DNA of 10,861 nucleotides from a virus (Duplodnaviria; Heunggongvirae; Uroviricota; Caudoviricetes): IMG/VR virus record IMGVR_UViG_2713896896_000006, positions 1 to 10,861 of that record; one strand, 5' to 3'. Shown piece by piece: positions 7,195 to 10,861 of this stretch (position 1 is its first letter; each line of letters starts with the position of its first letter). The notes under the pieces were generated by a model. It saw only the letters and a program-made list of their open reading frames with translations, ran no database searches and was not told where the DNA came from. The position numbers and the translations under genes were made by a program.

Positions 7195-7401
7195 ATGTTA
7201 AATCATACCACACACCCGCAAGGGCGGGACTCGCACGACCTGAATAAATACATCTGGCGTTTTATCGCCCTGAGCACCGCACAACCGCGCGTGATTCACA
7301 TCGTGGCTACCAGCGAACAGGAAGCACGCCAGCAATCCCCGGCTGGCTGCGTGATGGTATTCGCCGCCCGTATTCGTCAGGGGGGGTGCCATGTGCAATA
7401 A
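7195..7401 (+). CDS. Hypothetical protein (68 aa), first gene of the rightward operon
   Basis: GAGGT Shine-Dalgarno 4 nt before ATG 7195; stop overlaps the next ORF's start. Taken as the 3' part of the 6829..7401 track ORF. Confidence 0.4.
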   Translation: MLNHTTHPQGRDSHDLNKYIWRFIALSTAQPRVIHIVATSEQEARQQSPAGCVMVFAARIRQGGCHVQ

Positions 7402-7627
7402 CACCCGTCCGGACGCAGCCGACGAAGCCATCAGAACGCTTATGGACGCGCTGATTAATATTTCTGTTATCGCAGACATGGCGCATAAACACGCTACCAG
7501 TGAAACAGAATATGCCGGGGCTTTCGTTCCTCGCTCACTGGTTGCTATGCGGATTATCGCTGATATGGCACTGAATGAGGCCAGCAAAATTATCATGGCT
7601 GATATGGAGGTGGTGAGCCATGAATAA
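7391..7627 (+). CDS. Hypothetical protein (78 aa)
   Basis: G-rich ribosome-binding site; overlaps both neighbours; helical, acidic composition. Confidence 0.5.
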   Translation: MCNNTRPDAADEAIRTLMDALINISVIADMAHKHATSETEYAGAFVPRSLVAMRIIADMALNEASKIIMADMEVVSHE

Positions 7628-7832
7628 TCATGAAGTGCACTTCTCTGTAGTGCTGAATGTGCCGCCAGATTATACGGGGCGCGTACTGGTGCATCTGGAA
7701 AAAGGCCGGGTTAAATGCCAGTGCCGTTTAATGGAAAATGAATTCGTCAGCACTCTTGCGGGATTTTCTGAAATGCTCACTAAATCGTGTGTTAGTGCAG
7801 ACCAGTTACGCGGGGGCGATTATGCGAAATAA
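7620..7832 (+). CDS. Hypothetical protein (70 aa)
   Basis: GGAGGTGG Shine-Dalgarno; ATG at 7620 overlaps the upstream ORF's last codons. Confidence 0.5.
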   Translation: MNNHEVHFSVVLNVPPDYTGRVLVHLEKGRVKCQCRLMENEFVSTLAGFSEMLTKSCVSADQLRGGDYAK

Positions 7833-8040
7833 ACATGATATTGAAGACCTGGCATTTGAAGCCCTGCACTCTGCGAAAAAAATCAGGGAAGTCGTCAATA
7901 TGTGGATGAACAGCCTTAGCACCGATGAATCCGATAGCAGAGAGGAAATTCTTATTTCTTTGTTGTTAGACCTGGCAAATACACAGGTTTCTCTGACATC
8001 TGATATTGAACTCGCCGCTAAAAATCTGCCTCTGGAGTAA
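7822..8040 (+). CDS. Hypothetical protein (72 aa)
   Basis: Internal ATG at 7822 of the 7738 track ORF, chosen to avoid a long overlap; G-rich ribosome-binding site; acidic and helical. Confidence 0.45.
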   Translation: MRNKHDIEDLAFEALHSAKKIREVVNMWMNSLSTDESDSREEILISLLLDLANTQVSLTSDIELAAKNLPLE

Positions 8041-8047
8041 AAAAAAC

Positions 8048-8347
8048 ATGAAACAGAAAAATTCTGGCTTTACTGCCAGCGGCCTCCCTCGGCCTGAAAT
8101 CCGCCCCGGCGATATTTTCCGGGATAACTACGGCGGCACGGTAACGATTAAAAGCGTGGCGGGACGGTGCGTTACTTACCGCCGTGATGGGTACGGCTAT
8201 GACTGCGTGATGCCTGTTTATCAGTTCCGGCGTGATTTTTCGCTGGTACAGGCCACACCACGCAGACAGCCCACCAGCAACGCAAAGGCACGGGCAAATA
8301 TTCAGAAAATGAAAAACATGATTAACGCATTCAGGGGCACAAAATGA
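8048..8347 (+). CDS. Hypothetical protein (99 aa)
   Basis: ATG at 8048 preferred over the track's TTG at 8006; GGAG upstream; stop overlaps the rep start (ATGA). Confidence 0.5.
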   Translation: MKQKNSGFTASGLPRPEIRPGDIFRDNYGGTVTIKSVAGRCVTYRRDGYGYDCVMPVYQFRRDFSLVQATPRRQPTSNAKARANIQKMKNMINAFRGTK

Positions 8348-9759
8348 AACTGGCACCGAACTTAAAAAAACAGCCGCACGACAAAATGACCGAAGTCATT
8401 ATTTTTGCGGGTAGTGATGCCTGGGCGCACGCGAAACAATGGCAGGAGCAGGACGGGCGACTTGCTGGCGACAATGTTCCGCCTGTATGGCTTGGAGACA
8501 GCCAGCTTGACGAACTGGCAGACCTGAAAATTATCGACGATGGTCGCTATTGTGTCCGGCTGTACAAGGCAGGCCACATCAAGCCATCAAATATTAATGC
8601 CATCGGGCAAAAACTGGCGGCGGCAGGTGTACGGGATGCGAGTTATTACCCCGAGGGAATGCACAGCCAGAAGCGGGAGGAATGGCGCGACTACCTGCAA
8701 CGGATCCGCGAACAGGCAGAGCGCGGGGAAATACTTACTGACGAGCAATACAGCCAGCGAAAAACCACGCTACCAATGAGTATTGGATCTGCAGGGTACG
8801 ACACACAGCTTGATTATGTCGTTAAGGGCGTGATTCCGGCTAATTCATTGTGCAGCACATACGGCGCGAGCGGTTCCTATAAATCGTTCCTCGCGTGTTC
8901 CTGGGCGTGTCATGTTGCCACGGGTCGCCACTGGGGAGGCCGCAGGGTGGCGCATGGTTCGGTGATGTATGTCGTCGGTGAAGGGGGGATAGGTGTCCCC
9001 CGTCGTATCAAGGCATGGGAGATCGTTAATGATGAACGGGTGAAAAATCTGTACCTGGTAAACCGCCCGATTTTTCCGGCAGCCCCGCTTGATGTTGATG
9101 AAATGGTTATTGCTTCCCGCCAGGTTGAACGGGAAACGGGTAAACCGGTACGCATGATTATTCTGGATACGCTGGCGCGTTGCTTTGGCGGTAATGATGA
9201 AAATGACGCGCGGGATATGGGGGCGTTTATCCGTGGATGTGACGAACTAAAACGACGCACAGGGGCCACTGTGCTGGTGGTTCACCATTCTGGCAAGGAT
9301 GAAACAAAGGGGGCGCGTGGTTCCAGTGCATTTCGTGCATCTCTGGACGCTGAATACCGTATTCGCCGCGAAGGTGCGAACAGTGAAGCCCTGGTTATTT
9401 CCTGCACCAAAATGAAGGACGCGGAGGAACTGAAAGAGGCTGCATATGATTTACGTGTGGTGGAGCTTTTTACCGACACTGACGGGGAGTTAATCACGTC
9501 GCTGGTGGTTGTGGATAAACCGCGCCCACCCGTTGAACTGGAGCGCATCGAGGAAGCCGGGAACAAGACGGAGAATCATGCCGCGCTATGGGGATGTATC
9601 CGTTCACGCACACAGCGCGGCGATAAATGCACAATTCCGTTGTTGCGCGATGATATGAAAAAGCTGGGGTATGAGATGAAACACTTCCGGCGCTGGCTGT
9701 ACAAGCTGGAAGGTGATGGCGTTATTGCTATTGACGGTGATGACGTGCGCCCACTGTAA
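8344..9759 (+). CDS. Replication initiator ATPase, RecA-like P-loop (RepA/AAA_25-type) with an N-terminal extension
   Basis: Walker A GASGSYKS; Walker B-like MIILDTLARCFGG; VVHHSGKD motif; 471 aa; immediately followed by iterons. Confidence 0.75.
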   Translation: MKLAPNLKKQPHDKMTEVIIFAGSDAWAHAKQWQEQDGRLAGDNVPPVWLGDSQLDELADLKIIDDGRYCVRLYKAGHIKPSNINAIGQKLAAAGVRDASYYPEGMHSQKREEWRDYLQRIREQAERGEILTDEQYSQRKTTLPMSIGSAGYDTQLDYVVKGVIPANSLCSTYGASGSYKSFLACSWACHVATGRHWGGRRVAHGSVMYVVGEGGIGVPRRIKAWEIVNDERVKNLYLVNRPIFPAAPLDVDEMVIASRQVERETGKPVRMIILDTLARCFGGNDENDARDMGAFIRGCDELKRRTGATVLVVHHSGKDETKGARGSSAFRASLDAEYRIRREGANSEALVISCTKMKDAEELKEAAYDLRVVELFTDTDGELITSLVVVDKPRPPVELERIEEAGNKTENHAALWGCIRSRTQRGDKCTIPLLRDDMKKLGYEMKHFRRWLYKLEGDGVIAIDGDDVRPL

Positions 9760-9952
9760 AAAGTGGGTAGTAAAAGTGGGGAGTATGGGGAATTTAACAA
9801 AATTGAAACGCGATTCCCCACTTTCTCACCTGTATATACCCCAAAAAGTGGGGAATAAAAAACACATTGAAAAACATCATGTTAGAATCACAAAAAAAAG
9901 AAGTGGGGAGACGTTGGGTAATTTCAAAAAGTGGGTAGTAAAAGTGGGGAGC
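9759..9952 (+). repeat. Iteron-type replication origin
   Basis: At least seven copies of AAGTGGG(G/T)A (9761, 9774, 9846, 9901, 9929, 9942; inverted at 9815-9823); a perfect 25-bp direct repeat at 9759-9783 and 9927-9951; A-rich spacer at 9855-9900. Confidence 0.7.
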
Positions 9953-9960
9953 TGTGAGGA

Positions 9961-10212
9961 ATGACCAGAAAAACCAGAGATAAGACAGCGCCAAAATATA
10001 AAGCGTTAGACATGACAGAGCACGCCTTAAAGGTGGCAATCAGAACGATAGACCGCCATACCGGGGAAGGATACGCGAAAGCACACCCCGAACTGATAAG
10101 CGCATTCATGGCAACGGCGGCAGCAAACTTTGCCACGCTGACAGAACGGGAGATTGCCGAAGCGGAACAGGTGACAACCATCAACGTTAAAACCGGAGAG
10201 CAGACAGCATGA
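9961..10212 (+). CDS. Hypothetical protein (83 aa)
   Basis: ATG directly after the iterons; stop overlaps the ssb start (ATGA). No family recognised. Confidence 0.5.
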   Translation: MTRKTRDKTAPKYKALDMTEHALKVAIRTIDRHTGEGYAKAHPELISAFMATAAANFATLTEREIAEAEQVTTINVKTGEQTA

Positions 10213-10631
10213 CAGCACAGATAGCGGCTTACGGGCGGCTGGTGGCTGACCCACAGTTAAAGACCACCAGCAAGGGCACACAAATGGCTATGGCGAGCAT
10301 GGCGGTCCTCCTGCCGTGCAGCCAGGCAGATGACGGAACGGCGACGATGTGGTTATCCGTCCTGGCGTTTGGCAGACAGGCCGACGCACTGGCAAAACAC
10401 CACAAAGGCGAACTGGTGAGCGTGGCGGGTAACATGCAGGTGAGCCAGTGGACAGGCCAGAACGGCGAAACGCGGCAGGGCTGGCAGGTTATCGCAGACA
10501 GTGTAATCAGTGCCAGAACGGCGCGACCGGGCGGCAAAAAAGGTCAACAGGGCCAGGCTACTGACGCACTGAACAGGGCAAAACAACAGGCGGGGAATGA
10601 TGATCCGTACGGGGATAACATACCGTTTTAA
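10209..10631 (+). CDS. ssb: Single-stranded DNA-binding protein (SSB-like OB fold)
   Basis: N-terminal OB-fold pattern (YGRLVADPQLKTT..G...A..S.AV, W.SV.AFG..A, KG..V.V.G......W....G); Gly/Gln-rich linker; C-terminal DDPYGDNIPF resembling the SSB DDDIPF tip. Confidence 0.7.
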   Translation: MTAQIAAYGRLVADPQLKTTSKGTQMAMASMAVLLPCSQADDGTATMWLSVLAFGRQADALAKHHKGELVSVAGNMQVSQWTGQNGETRQGWQVIADSVISARTARPGGKKGQQGQATDALNRAKQQAGNDDPYGDNIPF

Positions 10632-10645
10632 GCAACGAGTAACAG

Positions 10646-10669
10646 AAGCCGGAGCAATCCGGCTTTTTT
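10646..10669 (+). terminator. Intrinsic terminator after ssb
   Basis: AAGCCGGA / GCAA / TCCGGCTT followed by TTTTT. Confidence 0.75.
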
Positions 10670-10671
10670 AT

Positions 10672-10743
10672 GGGTCCTTCCGGTGTAGTGACCTGCCACG
10701 GGGCGGGAGCGTCGCGGAAAAAGGCTGGTTTTTGCATTTTCAT
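10672..10743 (+). other. Lambda-like cos site, copy 2 (GGGTCCT at 10672-10678; predicted cosN 12-mer at 10701-10712)
   Basis: About 72-bp imperfect direct repeat of 2209-2280 with an identical GGGCGGGAGCGTCGCGGAAAAAGGCT core; flanks differ and the downstream ACCACT elements of copy 1 are absent. Confidence 0.65.
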
Positions 10744-10861
10744 GGCGGCGGCAGCATGTGTGATAATTTATTGATAATTAAAAGTTATTTCTGTTTTCAC
10801 CTGTACAATATTTTTTTCTCCCTGTCATTAGACCAGTTTGCAATTAATTGAAATATATAAA

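Larger units (their letters stand above)
3914..10861 (+). mobile_element. P4/PICI-like integrative satellite-type island (int-alpA-broN-switch-rep-ori-ssb-cos); right boundary outside the window
   Basis: Integrase directly abuts the truncated terminase; the gene set matches satellite/PICI architecture; AT-rich blocks at the integrase and the minus-strand membrane gene. Confidence 0.55.

Noticed and set aside
6829-7401. 190-aa plus-strand ORF spanning the RHH gene and the switch region
   Set aside because: It overlaps the minus-strand RHH gene and runs through the promoter/operator palindromes; only its 3' part from ATG 7195, which has a Shine-Dalgarno, is kept.
8006-8047. TTG start at 8006 for the 99-aa ORF
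   Set aside because: It would overlap the preceding ORF by 35 bp; the in-frame ATG at 8048 just after that ORF's stop fits the coupled-operon pattern better.
7198-9821. Minus-strand ORFs 7198..7596, 7307..7492, 8018..8356, 8362..8577, 8910..9269, 9282..9566 and 9576..9821
   Set aside because: They are antisense shadows inside the tightly coupled plus-strand operon and rep gene, with low-complexity Ser/Arg/Pro-rich translations and no ribosome-binding sites.
9759-9952. Repeat cluster that could be mistaken for a CRISPR array
   Set aside because: The repeats are only about 9 bp, irregularly spaced, partly inverted, and sit directly downstream of a replication initiator gene; this is an iteron origin, not a repeat-spacer array.
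9713-10039. ORFs 9713..9964 (+) and 9794..10039 (-) over the origin
   Set aside because: Their translations are dominated by iteron-derived repeats (KKWVVKVGS twice), which is an artefact of translating repetitive origin DNA.

Overview
This window looks like the junction of two phage-derived modules in an enterobacterial genome. (1) Positions 1-3913 carry the late-region end of a lambdoid prophage in the canonical order: lysozyme-type endolysin, a small membrane peptide, nested Rz/Rz1 spanins, a lambda-like cos site (cosQ/cosN plus ACCACT repeats), a Nu1-like small terminase and a gpA-like large terminase that stops after 331 codons. (2) From about 3914 to the window end lies a P4/PICI-like integrative satellite module: P4-type tyrosine integrase, AlpA-like regulator, Bro-N protein, a divergent switch region (ribbon-helix-helix protein plus membrane protein on the minus strand, facing a palindrome-rich promoter), a rightward operon of five small overlapping ORFs ending in a RepA-like P-loop replication ATPase, an iteron origin, an SSB and a second cos site. 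The two cos copies are direct repeats whose predicted nicking sites lie 8463 bp apart. The main leads are this cos-flanked unit, the truncated terminase at the island junction, and the unknown small ORFs and minus-strand regulator/membrane pair as candidate helper-interference or defence cargo. All family calls rest on motifs and recalled homology, not on searches.
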